64,000 nt of DNA from an uncultured Acidobacteriota bacterium. GTDB taxonomy: Bacteria; Acidobacteriota; Vicinamibacteria; Vicinamibacterales; SCN-69-37. Under the pieces are notes generated by a model. That model ran no database searches. It was not told where the DNA came from and saw only the letters and a program-made list of their open reading frames with translations. Both the position numbers and the translations under genes were made by a program. Shown here one piece after another: positions 38,047 to 48,092 of the stretch. Where the stretch lies: assembly GCA_963751445.1 (NCBI GenBank), contig CAVVUL010000008.1, forward strand, positions 130,555 through 194,554. Direction: 5' to 3'. The number at the start of each line of letters is the position of its first letter. The stretch's first letter is position 1.

Positions 38047-39276
38047 CTAGCCCATCTTCTGCATCGCGTTGAGGAAGTCGGCGTTGGTCTTCGTCTTCCC
38101 GAGCTTGTCGAGCAGCAGTTCCATCGCTTCCACCGGCGAGAGCGGCGCGAGCACCTTGCGCAGCACCCAGATGCGGTTGAGGTCCTCCTTCGGGAGCAGC
38201 AACTCTTCCTTGCGGGTGCCGCTCTTGAGGATGTCGATGGCCGGAAACACGCGCTTGTCCACGAGCTTCCGGTCCAGATGGATTTCCATGTTGCCGGTGC
38301 CCTTGAACTCCTCGAAGATCACGTCGTCCATGCGCGAGCCGGTGTCGATGAGCGCCGTGGACATGATCGTGATGGAGCCGCCCTCCTCGATGTTCCGCGC
38401 GGCGCCGAAGAAGCGCTTCGGCTTCTGCAGCGCGTTGGAATCGAGACCGCCGGACAGGACCTTGCCCGACGGCGGCGCCACGGTGTTGTAGGCGCGGGCC
38501 AGGCGCGTGATCGAGTCGAGCAGAATGACGACGTCCTTCTTGTGCTCGACCAGGCGCTTGGCCTTCTCGATGACCATCTCGGCCACCTGCACGTGGCGCT
38601 GCGCCGGCTCGTCGAACGTGGACGAGATGACCTCGCCGCGCACCGAGCGCTGCATGTCCGTGACTTCCTCGGGCCGCTCGTCGATGAGCAGCACGATGAG
38701 GTAGACCTCGGGGTGGTTGGTCGTGATCGACTGCGCGATGCTCTGCAGCAGCATCGTCTTGCCGGTGCGCGGCGGCGCGACGATCAGGCCGCGCTGGCCC
38801 TTGCCGATCGGCGTCATCAGGTCCATGACGCGCCCGGAGAGGTCGTCCGCCGTCGTTTCGAGCCGCAGCCGCTCCTGCGGGTACAGCGGCGTCAGGTTCT
38901 CGAAGAACAGCTTGTTGCGCGCCTGATCGGGCGACTCGAAGTTGACCGCCTCGACCTTGATCAGCGCGAAATAGCGCTCCCCGTCCTTCGGCGGCCGCAC
39001 CTGGCCGGACACGGTGTCGCCGGTCTGCAGGTCGAACTTGCGAATCTGCGACGGCGACACATAGATGTCGTCCGGGCCCGGCAGGTAGTTGTAGTCGGGC
39101 GCGCGCAGGAACCCGAAGCCGTCGGGCAGCACTTCCAGCACGCCCTCGGAGAACATGAACCCGCTCATCTCGGTCTGCGCCTTCAGAATCTGGAAGATCA
39201 GATCCTGCTTGCGCATGCCGGTGGCGCCGGCCACGCTCAGGTCCTTGGCGACCTGGGTGAGCTTCTGGATGCTCAT
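38047..39276 (-). CDS. rho: Transcription termination factor Rho (core intact; true start lies upstream of 39276)
   Basis: Full-length Rho pattern ([13 protein letters not shown]-fold, Walker A PPRTGKT, Q and R loops). Conserved N-terminal residues LNINDLKD continue in frame upstream of the first ATG. Confidence 0.9.
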   Translation of the reverse strand: MSIQKLTQVAKDLSVAGATGMRKQDLIFQILKAQTEMSGFMFSEGVLEVLPDGFGFLRAPDYNYLPGPDDIYVSPSQIRKFDLQTGDTVSGQVRPPKDGERYFALIKVEAVNFESPDQARNKLFFENLTPLYPQERLRLETTADDLSGRVMDLMTPIGKGQRGLIVAPPRTGKTMLLQSIAQSITTNHPEVYLIVLLIDERPEEVTDMQRSVRGEVISSTFDEPAQRHVQVAEMVIEKAKRLVEHKKDVVILLDSITRLARAYNTVAPPSGKVLSGGLDSNALQKPKRFFGAARNIEEGGSITIMSTALIDTGSRMDDVIFEEFKGTGNMEIHLDRKLVDKRVFPAIDILKSGTRKEELLLPKEDLNRIWVLRKVLAPLSPVEAMELLLDKLGKTKTNADFLNAMQKMG

Positions 39277-39628
39277 GTCCTTCAGGTCATTGATGTTGAG
39301 TGCGGGAGCGGGCTTGGGCTGCGGCTTGGACGCGTCGGGTGCGGCAGCCGGCGTGCCGGTGCGCGGGGCGCCGCGGCCTGGCCGCCATGGTGTTGCCGTT
39401 GGCGTTGCCGTTCTCGGCGGGCTGGGCTGGGGTGTTCGGTCGACGGCGTCTCAGCGGCTGCCGGGTCGGCAGGCTGACGCCCTGAGTGAGCGTTTCTGTT
39501 GATTGGCCATAGAGGTTGGAGCGGTGCACGTTGGGTTCTGACTGTGTTGATGTACCGAGGTTGTAACGGAACTGGCGGCCCTGAACACGACCGCCGGCGG
39601 ACGAACACAAAAAGCATACCACAGGTCT

Positions 39629-39684
39629 GTGAGGCCGGCCCTTCAGGGCCGGCGGGCGCGCCGGGGCTGAAGCCCCGGCCCACA
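39629..39684. repeat. REP/BIME-like family 2, double hairpin in inverted orientation relative to 37934-37990
   Basis: GTGAGGCCGGCCCTTCAGGGCCGGCGGGCGCGCCGGGGCTGAAGCCCCGGCCCAC, seen directly. Confidence 0.85.
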
Positions 39685-39698
39685 TTCGCAACGTGCTC

Positions 39699-41085
39699 TT
39701 AGAAAATCTTCCCGGGATTCAGGATCCCGGTGGGGTCGAACGCCTGCTTGACCGCCCGCATCATCGCGATGGTCTCGGGCGACAGCTCCATGGACAGATA
39801 CGGCGCCTTCACGAACCCGATGCCATGCTCGCCGCTGATCGAGCCCTCGAGGGCCAGGACCCCCTCGAACAGCCGCCGCTCGGCCAGCGTGCGCGCGCTG
39901 GATCTCCGCCTCGTCGCCCGGCGTGACCATGATGTTGACGTGGATGTTCCCGTCGCCCACGTGGCCGAAACACGGGATCCTCAGGCTCAGCGTCCGCCGG
40001 ATGTCCTCCACCAGGTCGAACAGCTCCGGCACCCGGGCCTTCGGCACCACGATGTCGTGATTGAACTTCAGGGGCGTGATGACCTTGAGCGAAGGCGAAA
40101 TCTCGCGACGCACCTGCCAGAGCGCCTCTCGTTCGTCTTCGCCCGCGGCCCGCAGCACTTCCCCGGCGCCGGCCTCCCGGCACGCCGCCACCACCCGAGC
40201 GGCCTCGGCTTCGACCTGTTCCGGCAACCCATCCACCTCGATGAGGAGCAGCGCCCCGGTGCCGGCCGGGGCCAGGGCCCGCCCGCCGAGGTACGCCGAC
40301 ACCGCGCGCAGGCTCTCGGCATCGATCAGCTCGAGCGCCGCAGGTACGACGCGCGCGGCCACCAGCCGCGTCACCGCCTGCACCGCTTCCGGCACGCCCG
40401 CGAACGTCGCGCGCAGTGTCGCGCGCGCCGGCGGCTTCGGAATCAGCCGCAGAACGATCTTCGTCAGAATGGCCAAGGTCCCTTCCGACCCCACCAGCAG
40501 CTGCGTGAGGTCGTATCCGACCACGTTCTTCACGACCTTGCCGCCCGTGCGGATCACATCGCCGTTGGCCAACACGGCCTCGAGACCCAGGACGTACTGC
40601 CGCGTGACGCCGTACTTGAACGCGCGCGGGCCGCCGGCGTTTTCCGCCACGTTGCCGCCGACGACCGACTTCCGCAGGCTCGCGGGATCCGGCGGATAGA
40701 ACAGACCGACGCGTTCCACCGCGTCCTGCAAATCGCCCGTGACCACGTTCGGCTCGACGATGGCCAGCAGGTTGCCCTCGTCGATTTCAAGGATGCGGTT
40801 GAGGCGCTCGAGGCTGAGCACGACGCCGCCGCGCACGGGCACGGCGCCGCCGGTGTAGCCCGTGCCGCCGCCGCGCGGCACGAGTGGCGTCGAGCGTGTC
40901 GTAACACACGCGCGCGATGCCGGACACCTCGCGCGTGTCGGCCGGGAACACGACCACGTCCGCCGGCTGTCCCGCGGTTGAGCGCGTCGGTGCCGTAGGC
41001 GAGGCACGACTCCGCATCGGTCCGGACGTGTTCCGGCGCCGACGACAGCGCGGAGACGATCCAGCACGAGGCGGTCAAGTCCCAC
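39699..41085 (-). CDS. FAD-linked oxidase (GlcD / D-lactate dehydrogenase-like), several frame breaks
   Basis: PRGGGTGYTGGAVP, VVGYDLTQLLVGSEGTLAILTKIVLRL and CFGHVGDGNIHVNI. True C-terminus ...GILNPGKIF-TAA at 39699. Confidence 0.75.
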
Positions 41086-41094
41086 GGAAGATGA

Positions 41095-42295
41095 TCAGAC
41101 GGTCAGGCCGCGGGCGAATCGGAGCAGTCGCATGAGGCCTTCGTCGAGTCGCTCCATCGACGCGGCGTACGACAGCCGGATGAACCCCGGCGCGTCGAAC
41201 GCCTCCCCGGCCGTCGTCACGACGTACTCGTCCTTCAGCAGGCCGTCAGCGAAGTCCAGCGAGGTGCGTGTCCCGTTCGGCGAGAGGAACGCGGAGATGT
41301 CTGGAAAGACGTAGAAGGCGCCCTGGGGCACGGCGCAGCGGATGCGCGGCTCCGCGGCCAGCCCGCGCAGCACATGGTCGCGGCGGCGCTTGTACTCGGC
41401 CAGCATGTCGGCCACGCACGTCTGCGATCCCGTGAGCGCCGCGACCGCCGCGCGCTGCGTGATGGAACTGACGTTGGAGGTCGAGTGGCTCTGCAGCGCA
41501 TTGGCGGCCCCGACCACGGCTTTCGGCCCCGCCATCCAGCCGCACCGCCAGCCGGTCATGGCGTACGACTTGGACGTCGAGCCGGCGATCACGAGCCGGT
41601 CGCGCATCTCGTCGCCGAAAATCTTCGGCAGATTGTGCGATACGCCGTCGTAGATCAGGAACTCGTAGCAGAGATCGATGATCACCCACAGGCCCCGCCG
41701 CGCCGCTTCCCTGGCCAGCGTCCCGGCTTCGGCCTCTGACAGGAGCGCGCCCGTCGGATTGCCCGGCGAATTAAGCACGATCGCCCGGGTGTTCGGCGTG
41801 ACCGCGTCGAGGAACAGGTCGGCGGTCAGCGCAAAGCCCGACTCCGCGCTGGTGCGCACCACGATCGGGCGCGCGCCCGCGAGCTTGATCTGTTCGACGA
41901 TCGTGGGCCAGCCCGGCGCGTGCGTGATGACGTCGTCGCCGGGCCCGCACAGCGCGAGCGCGGCATGGAACAGCGCCTGCTTGCCGCCCGCGGTGATGAT
42001 GACCTCGTCCGGTTTGTAGGTCACGCCGTAGTGGGCCTGGTAGCAGACGTCCGACGGCCTCGCGTAATTCGACGATGCCGGCGTTGGCGGTGTACTTGGT
42101 GAACTGTTGATCGATGGCCTGCCGCGCGGCGGCGGAGACGTGCTCGGGGGTCGGGAAATCGGGCTCGCCGGCGCCGAGGTCCACCACGTCCACACCCTGG
42201 CGGCGCAAGCGCTCCGCCTCCACGGTCCCCTTCATCGTCGGAGACATGCCGATGTGGCTCATCCGATCTGCGAGTCGAAGCGCGTCTGTGGTCAT
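41095..42295 (-). CDS. Class I/II pyridoxal-phosphate aminotransferase (aspartate aminotransferase-like), one frame break near 42060
   Basis: DLGAGEPDFPTPEHV, LNSPGNPTG and the PLP-Lys motif GSTSKSYAMTGWRCGW. Confidence 0.8.
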
Positions 42296-42801
42296 AGGTC
42301 TGCGGTCCTTGCTGGGGTTGAGCGGCGGGCGATCCAGGTTTCGACGGCCGGCGGCACGAGGCCCCGCACCGATCCGCCGAGCGCGGTGATTTCGCGAACC
42401 AGGGACGAACTCACGTGGCCGAATTCCGCCGACGGCAGCAGCAGCACCGTGTCCAGGTCCGTGTTGAGATGCCGATTGGTCAGCGCCATCTGGCGCTCGT
42501 AGTCAAGGTCGGCGGCGCTGCGAATGCCCCGCACCACGACCGATGCGCTCCGCGCGCGCACGTAATCCGCGAGCAGGCCCTGGAACGCATCGACCTCAAT
42601 CCCCGAACGGCCCGCAAACACGTCACGCAGGATGGCGAGCCGATCCTCGAGCGTGAACAGCGGCTGCTTGCCCGTATTGCGGAGGACCGCGACGATGACG
42701 CGATCGAACAGGCGCGTCGCGCGCACGATCAAATCCAGATGGCCGTTGGTCAGCGGGTCGAACGACCCGGGAAACACCGCGATGCGTGGCGAAGCGGCCA
42801 T
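42292..42801 (-). CDS. coaD: Phosphopantetheine adenylyltransferase
   Basis: IAVFPGSFDPLTNGHLDLI...VRGIR...SSSLVREI. Intact 169 aa. Confidence 0.9.
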   Translation of the reverse strand: MAASPRIAVFPGSFDPLTNGHLDLIVRATRLFDRVIVAVLRNTGKQPLFTLEDRLAILRDVFAGRSGIEVDAFQGLLADYVRARSASVVVRGIRSAADLDYERQMALTNRHLNTDLDTVLLLPSAEFGHVSSSLVREITALGGSVRGLVPPAVETWIARRSTPARTADL

Positions 42802-42821
42802 GGGTGCACTCCGTGGACGGA

Positions 42822-43358
42822 TCAGGCGGGCGGTCCGTAGAACGACAGGGCGCTGTCGCCCGCCACCAGCACACGATACCGCATGAGGCTCCCCGCCTGC
42901 TCAGGGGACGCGCGCCGCCGGCCATGCTCGAGCACCAGCCGTCCGGCCGGCGCGGCCCATTCGGCACCCCGGTTCACCGTGGCCTGCAGGTCTTCCAGGG
43001 CGTATGGCGGATCGAGCAGCACCAGATCGAAGCGGGCTGGCTCCACGCGCGACGTCTGAAAATCGCCGCGGATGATCGCACACGCCTCGTCGACGCCGCA
43101 GGCACGCACGTTCGACTCCAGCGCGCGCAGGGCGCCCGGATCCCGTTCGATGAACACGACGGAGGCCGCGCCGCGCGACCAGGCCTCGAGTCCCAGCGCG
43201 CCCGTGCCCGCGAATCCGTCGAGCACGCGCGCGCCCTCGACGGAGTCCGCCAGCACGTTGAACAGTGTTTCCCGCAACCGATCGGATGTCGGCCGCACGT
43301 CGAGACCCGCCGGAGCCGTGAGCCGCCGGCCCTTCAGCCGGCCCGCGATGATGCGCAT
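42822..43358 (-). CDS. rsmD: 16S rRNA (guanine966-N2)-methyltransferase RsmD
   Basis: MRIIAGRLKGRRL..RPTSDRLRETLFN..VLDGFAGTGALGLEA..DPPY. ATG at 43358. Confidence 0.85.
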   Translation of the reverse strand: MRIIAGRLKGRRLTAPAGLDVRPTSDRLRETLFNVLADSVEGARVLDGFAGTGALGLEAWSRGAASVVFIERDPGALRALESNVRACGVDEACAIIRGDFQTSRVEPARFDLVLLDPPYALEDLQATVNRGAEWAAPAGRLVLEHGRRRASPEQAGSLMRYRVLVAGDSALSFYGPPA

Positions 43359-43363
43359 GCGGC

Positions 43364-45473
43364 CTACCCGACCCCGGCCAGGCCGAACCGTTCGGCCCAG
43401 GCGCCCGACAGATACGTCACGAGCGCCGTCGACGTCGGCTGGTCCAGCCATGCGGCGGCCTCCCGCCGCGCCTCCTCCATGACAGCGTGGTCCCGCATCA
43501 GATCGCCGGCGCGCAGCATCGGCAATCCGGATTGCCGCGTCCCGAAGAAGTCGCCGGGCCCGCGCAGCGCGAGGTCGCGCTCGGCAATCACGAACCCGTC
43601 CGTCGTCTCCACCAGCGCGTCGAGCCGGGCGCGCCCCGCCTCGGTGAGCGGCGCGTGGTACAGCAGCACACAGGTCGACGCGTGGCTGCCGCGTCCGACC
43701 CGCCCGCGCAGTTGGTGCAGCTGCGAGAGGCCGAATCGTTCGGCGTGTTCCACCAGCATGACGGTGGCGTTGGGCACATCGACGCCGACCTCCACGACCG
43801 TGGTCGATACGAGCACGTGCACGTCGCCACGCGCGAACGACGCCATCACCCGGTCCTTCTCGTCCGCCTTCAGCCGGCCGTGCAGCAAGGCGACCGTGTA
43901 TTCCGGAAAGACTTCCTGGCTCAGCTGATCGGCCATCTCCGTCGCGGCGCGCAGGTCCACTTTCTCCGATTCCTCGACCAGCGGATAGATCACGTAGACC
44001 TGGCGCCCCGCCTCGAGCGCGCGACGCGCGATCCGATAGACCTCTTCGCGGCGCGATTCCGATTTCGCCACCGTCGTGATCGGCTGCCGCCCCGGCGGCA
44101 GGTCCCGGATCACCGACACGTCCAGGTCGCCAAAGGCCGTCAGCCCCAGCGTGCGCGGAATCGGCGTGGCCGTCATGACCAGCACGTCCGGCCGCACGCC
44201 CTTGGCGCGCAGCGTCGCGCGCTGCTCCACGCCAAACCGGTGCTGCTCATCGATGATGACCAACCCCAGCGCGCGGAAGGCGACGGCCTCTTCCGCCAGC
44301 GCATGCGTGCCGACGACCAGGTTCGCGGCGCCGCTCGCGACCTCCGCCAGCACGTCGCGCCGCCGCGCGGCCGTCACGCTGCCGGTCAGCGACGCCACGC
44401 GGAACCGCGATCGATCCAGCAACCGACGCAACGTCAGGTAGTGCTGGTCCGCCAGGATTTCCGTCGGCGCCATGAACGCGACCTGCAGGCCGTTTTCCAT
44501 CGCGACGACGGCGGCCAGCAGCGCGACGACGGTTTTGCCGGCGCCCACGTCGCCCTGCAGCAGCCGGTTCATGGGCTGCGGGCGCTGCATGTCCATCACG
44601 ATCTCGCGCAGCGCCTGCTTCTGACCGGCCGTGAGCGTGAACGGCAGCACCTGCCGGGCGGAGTCGCGGATGCGGTCGTCCACGACCACGGCACGCGGCT
44701 TGCGGTCCGCGGCGTGCCGCCGCTTTCTCAGCAGCATCCCGGCCTGAAACAGGAAGCACTCTTCGAAGATCAGCCGGCGCTGCGCCGGCGTGTCGCGCGC
44801 GTTGAGCGCGTCCATGTTCGTGCCCGCCGCCGGGAAGTGCACGTCCGCCAGCGCCTCGCGCCGGCCCGGCAAGCCGTGCCGCGCGAGAATCGGCGCCGGC
44901 ACCGGATCGGGGATCGCCTCCGGCATCTCCGCCAACAGGCGATGGACCAGCGTCCGCTGCAGGCGCGGCGTCATCGATCCGGCCTTCTCGTACACCGGCA
45001 CGATGCGCCCCGTGTGGATCGTGCTGTCCTCGTCTTCGGCCTCGCCGCGGACGACCTCGGTACTCGGGGTTCGAGAACTGCAGGCCGCCGGTGCCGCGGA
45101 ATTCCACCGGGCCGTGCAGCACGATCAGTTGGCCGGGATGAAACACGTCGCGCAGAAACGCCTGATTGGGAAACACGGCCCGGACCGGGCCGGTCGCGTC
45201 TTTGAGGATCAGTTCAAACAACCGGAAGCCGGGGCGTCTCGTGCTGCGCACGCCGCTCGACAGCACCTCCGCCGCGACGGTGGCGGTCGTGCCGGGCTTC
45301 AGCCGCGCGATCGTGATGAGGTCCGCGCGGTTCTCGTACCGCAGCGGAAATCGAAACAGCAGATCGTCGATGGTGCGCAGGCCCACCCGCTCGAGGTCCT
45401 TCGCCCGGCGCGGGCCCACGCCCTTGACGAACTGCAGGGGCGTCTCGAGCCAGCCCGGCCGCGCGGCGGTCAC
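43364..45473 (-). CDS. recG: ATP-dependent DNA helicase RecG (one frame break near 45050)
   Basis: Wedge-domain N-terminus (ORF 44247-45473), helicase motifs LQGDVGAGKTVVA, DEQHRFGV, TATPIPRT and QLHQLRGRVGRG (ORF 43364-45001). Confidence 0.85.
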
Positions 45474-46072
45474 TGCACGATGACGGCAGAGCCGCGATGA
45501 AGCTCGACCTGCCGAATCTTCTGCGGCAGATTGAACGGCTGATCGAGCGTGAATCCCCCGGGGGAATCCGGCGTCCTTGAGTAGAAGTACACGATCTCCT
45601 GGAGCAGCGCCTTGGGGATGGGCACACCGCCGAGTGTCGCCGACTCCAGCACGAAGGTGCCCCTGCCGTTGGCGCCGCGAAGCCAGCCCGCGGCCTTCAG
45701 TTCCAGCGACCCGCTCACATAGGCCAGCGGGTCCGCCCAGCCGCGCTCCTTCGAACTTCGCACGGCATCGAGGTCCACCGTGGCGACGCCGGCCACCCTG
45801 CCGGCCTCCGGGATCGTGATGGTGGGATTGACGACGCCGACCGGCAGTTGCGCGGCGCCCTGGAACTTGAGGTACGCGTTGACTTCGCGATCCGTGACGA
45901 CGGTGCGCAGCGGCTTCGCCGCCGCGTCCTCCACGGCGCCGCGCTCGAGCAGCGCAGTCAGCTTCTGCTCGAGGGTGTCGGCGTCACGCTTCGTCAAGGC
46001 CTGCTGGGCGCCGGTCTGCGCGACCACAGCGAGCACGCAGATCGCCGTCGTCCAGGAGAGCCGGGGAAGCAT
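45470..46072 (-). CDS. Hypothetical exported protein (about 200 aa)
   Basis: ATG 46072 gives signal peptide MLPRLSWTTAICVLAVVAQTGAQQ. No motif recognised. GTGA overlap with the recG start. Confidence 0.5.
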   Translation of the reverse strand: MLPRLSWTTAICVLAVVAQTGAQQALTKRDADTLEQKLTALLERGAVEDAAAKPLRTVVTDREVNAYLKFQGAAQLPVGVVNPTITIPEAGRVAGVATVDLDAVRSSKERGWADPLAYVSGSLELKAAGWLRGANGRGTFVLESATLGGVPIPKALLQEIVYFYSRTPDSPGGFTLDQPFNLPQKIRQVELHRGSAVIVQ

Positions 46073-46090
46073 GGATCCATGGTAGCGCGG

Positions 46091-46165
46091 GTAAAAGTCC
46101 AATCCGGGATTCTTTTTTTCGTCCCTCAGGCCCGTCGAAAAAAGAATCCCGGATTCGACTTTTAC
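46091..46165 (-). terminator. AT-rich long hairpin (28-nt arms, 1 mismatch, 18-nt loop) after the Spy-like gene
   Basis: GTAAAAGTCCAATCCGGGATTCTTTTTTT...AAAAAAGAATCCCGGATTCGACTTTTAC. The stop codon 46162-46164 lies in the outer part of the right arm. The minus-strand 3-prime arm ends in UUUU. Confidence 0.55.
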
Positions 46166-46737
46166 TTGCCGCTGCCGATCTTGGCGAGCAGTTCGACCTT
46201 GCGTCGCTCGAGCTGCTCCTCGAACGTCCGGAAACGCCCGCGCTGCCACGGCGTAAGCACGGCATCCAGGTCCTGGTAGGCCTTGCGCACCTCGTTGGCC
46301 GTTCGCAGCGCGCCCTCGTCCAGCGCCGAGACGCGCGCCGTGATGGCCTCGTCCCGGCCGGCCTCTGTGCCCTGGAGCAGTCCGCCCAACTCGGTCAGAA
46401 TCCGCCGGCGCTCACCCATCTGCCGGCGCCGCACCTCCTGCAGCCGGCGCAGGCGCGCGACGAAGTTCGGATACTGCTCCGCCGTCAGCACCAGTTCTTT
46501 CTCGGCCTGAACCAGCGCGTAGGCGTCCATGTACGCCTGCAGCTGCTGCTGGTTCATGTTCGGCGTGATCGGCGGCAGCGCCGCCCGCCCGCCTCCGCGA
46601 GGCCCTCGCCCGACTTGAGCCTGCTGTCCGGCCGGCGGCGGGGTCGGCGTCTGGGCGAACGCCGCCGCACTGGCGGACACCATCGCGGCCACGGCCACGC
46701 TCACACACCACATGCGCTGTGCACGAATCGTCATCAC
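46162..46737 (-). CDS. Periplasmic Spy/CpxP-like LTxxQ-motif protein
   Basis: Signal peptide ending AAAFAQ, two LTxxQ motifs (LTAEQ, LTPWQ) and a helical Arg/Glu-rich body. Intact 191 aa. Confidence 0.6.
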   Translation of the reverse strand: MMTIRAQRMWCVSVAVAAMVSASAAAFAQTPTPPPAGQQAQVGRGPRGGGRAALPPITPNMNQQQLQAYMDAYALVQAEKELVLTAEQYPNFVARLRRLQEVRRRQMGERRRILTELGGLLQGTEAGRDEAITARVSALDEGALRTANEVRKAYQDLDAVLTPWQRGRFRTFEEQLERRKVELLAKIGSGK

Positions 46738-47285
46738 CGCTCACCTATGTCTTCCTGGAGCCAACGCACGAGCGCACCGCGCTGCGCCGCGGTCAGCTCT
46801 TCGATCATGGCGTCCGCGGTCCCCTCGGCCGGCTTCGCCGCTTCGCGCACGTCGGCCGCGTCCAGTTCCGACGCGAGGCCGATCACCAGTCCCCACTCGC
46901 CGTTGTCCGCCAGCGCGGCCACGCTCGCCGCCGGGCGATCCGACGGTACGACCGCGGGCGGCGCCGGGCGCCACACCGCCACCAACGCCACCGCGCCTGC
47001 CGCCGCGGCCAGCATGCCCAGCGGACGCACCCACGCGTGCCACCACGCCGACGCGGAGGGTACCGCTTCGCCGGCCGTGGCCTGCCGCACGCGCTCGCTG
47101 AAGTGATCCCAGAACAGCGGCGATGGCGTTGGCATCTCCAGGTGCTCGACTTCCCGCAGCATCGACCGCACGCGCGCCAGTTCCTCGCGGCACGACTCGC
47201 ACGACGTGACGTGCGCCAGCCGCGACAACGCCAGCGTGTCGTCGAGCGCGTCGATCAGCTCTTCGTGCCGAAGATGCTCACTCAT
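46734..47285 (-). CDS. Anti-sigma factor (zinc-finger HxxxCxxC type) with one TM
   Basis: MSEHLRHEEL...HVTSCESCREEL, followed by a TM (LGMLAAAAGAVALVAV). ATGA overlap with the sigma gene stop. Confidence 0.7.
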   Translation of the reverse strand: MSEHLRHEELIDALDDTLALSRLAHVTSCESCREELARVRSMLREVEHLEMPTPSPLFWDHFSERVRQATAGEAVPSASAWWHAWVRPLGMLAAAAGAVALVAVWRPAPPAVVPSDRPAASVAALADNGEWGLVIGLASELDAADVREAAKPAEGTADAMIEELTAAQRGALVRWLQEDIGER

Positions 47286-47873
47286 AACGTCTTCAAGATC
47301 CGCCTCAGGTTTCCCAAGGCATGAAACAAGTTGGCCTTCGCCGCGCCCACCGTGCTGCCGAGCGCGACGGCGATCTCCTCGTGCGAGCATTCCTGATAGA
47401 CGCGCAACATCAGCGTCGCGCGTTGCTTCGGCGGCAACTGCGCGATTGCGCGCGCGCACCGCGTCCGCGCGCTCGCCGCGGAGCACCTCGTCCAGCGGGC
47501 TGCTGGCCCGCGTGTCCACATCGGCCGCCGCATCCAGCGGCGCGGCGTCCGGCTTCTTCGCCGCGACGCGATTCAAGCTCGCGTTCACGGCGACGCGATA
47601 CAGCCACGTCGCCAGCGAGGCGTCGCCCTTGAAGTTCACGAGCCCCTTGAACGCGCGCACGAACACGTCCTGCGCCAGGTCGGACGCATCTTCGTGATTG
47701 TTCACGAACCGGTAGCAGAGTTGGTACACCTGGCGACGGTGGCGCACGACGATCACGTCGAACGCCTCGCGGCGGCCCGAGCGGAAGGCCTGCACCAGCG
47801 TGCGGTCGTCGGCCTCCGCCAGATCGGCCGCCGGCGCGGGGGCGTCCGAGGCACTGGGTCTAGGCGGCGTCAT
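47282..47873 (-). CDS. ECF (group IV) RNA polymerase sigma factor, one frame break near 47460-47530
   Basis: Region 2 (FDVIVVRHRRQVYQLCYRFVNNHEDASDLAQDVFVRAF..ATWLYRVAVN) and region 4 (LPPKQRATLMLRVYQECSHEEIAVALGSTVGAAKANLFHAL, ORF 47282-47533). Confidence 0.85.
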
Positions 47874-48092
47874 CCCTGGAATCCCACGCGGGCACCCGCC
47901 ACGCCACCCGAATTGCGTTTTCGCCGACTCGCATCTCCTGCGCTCCAGCCCGCCGGGCGGGGTTTCCCGGCTTCCACCCGTCCTGATTGCTTAGACTCGG
48001 CCGACCGCCCCACCGTTACACCCCGCCCCTAAGCCGCGCCGGCACCTCGGCCGGAACGGGCAGGGCCGCCTGGGCTCCGAGGGCGCGGCAAC

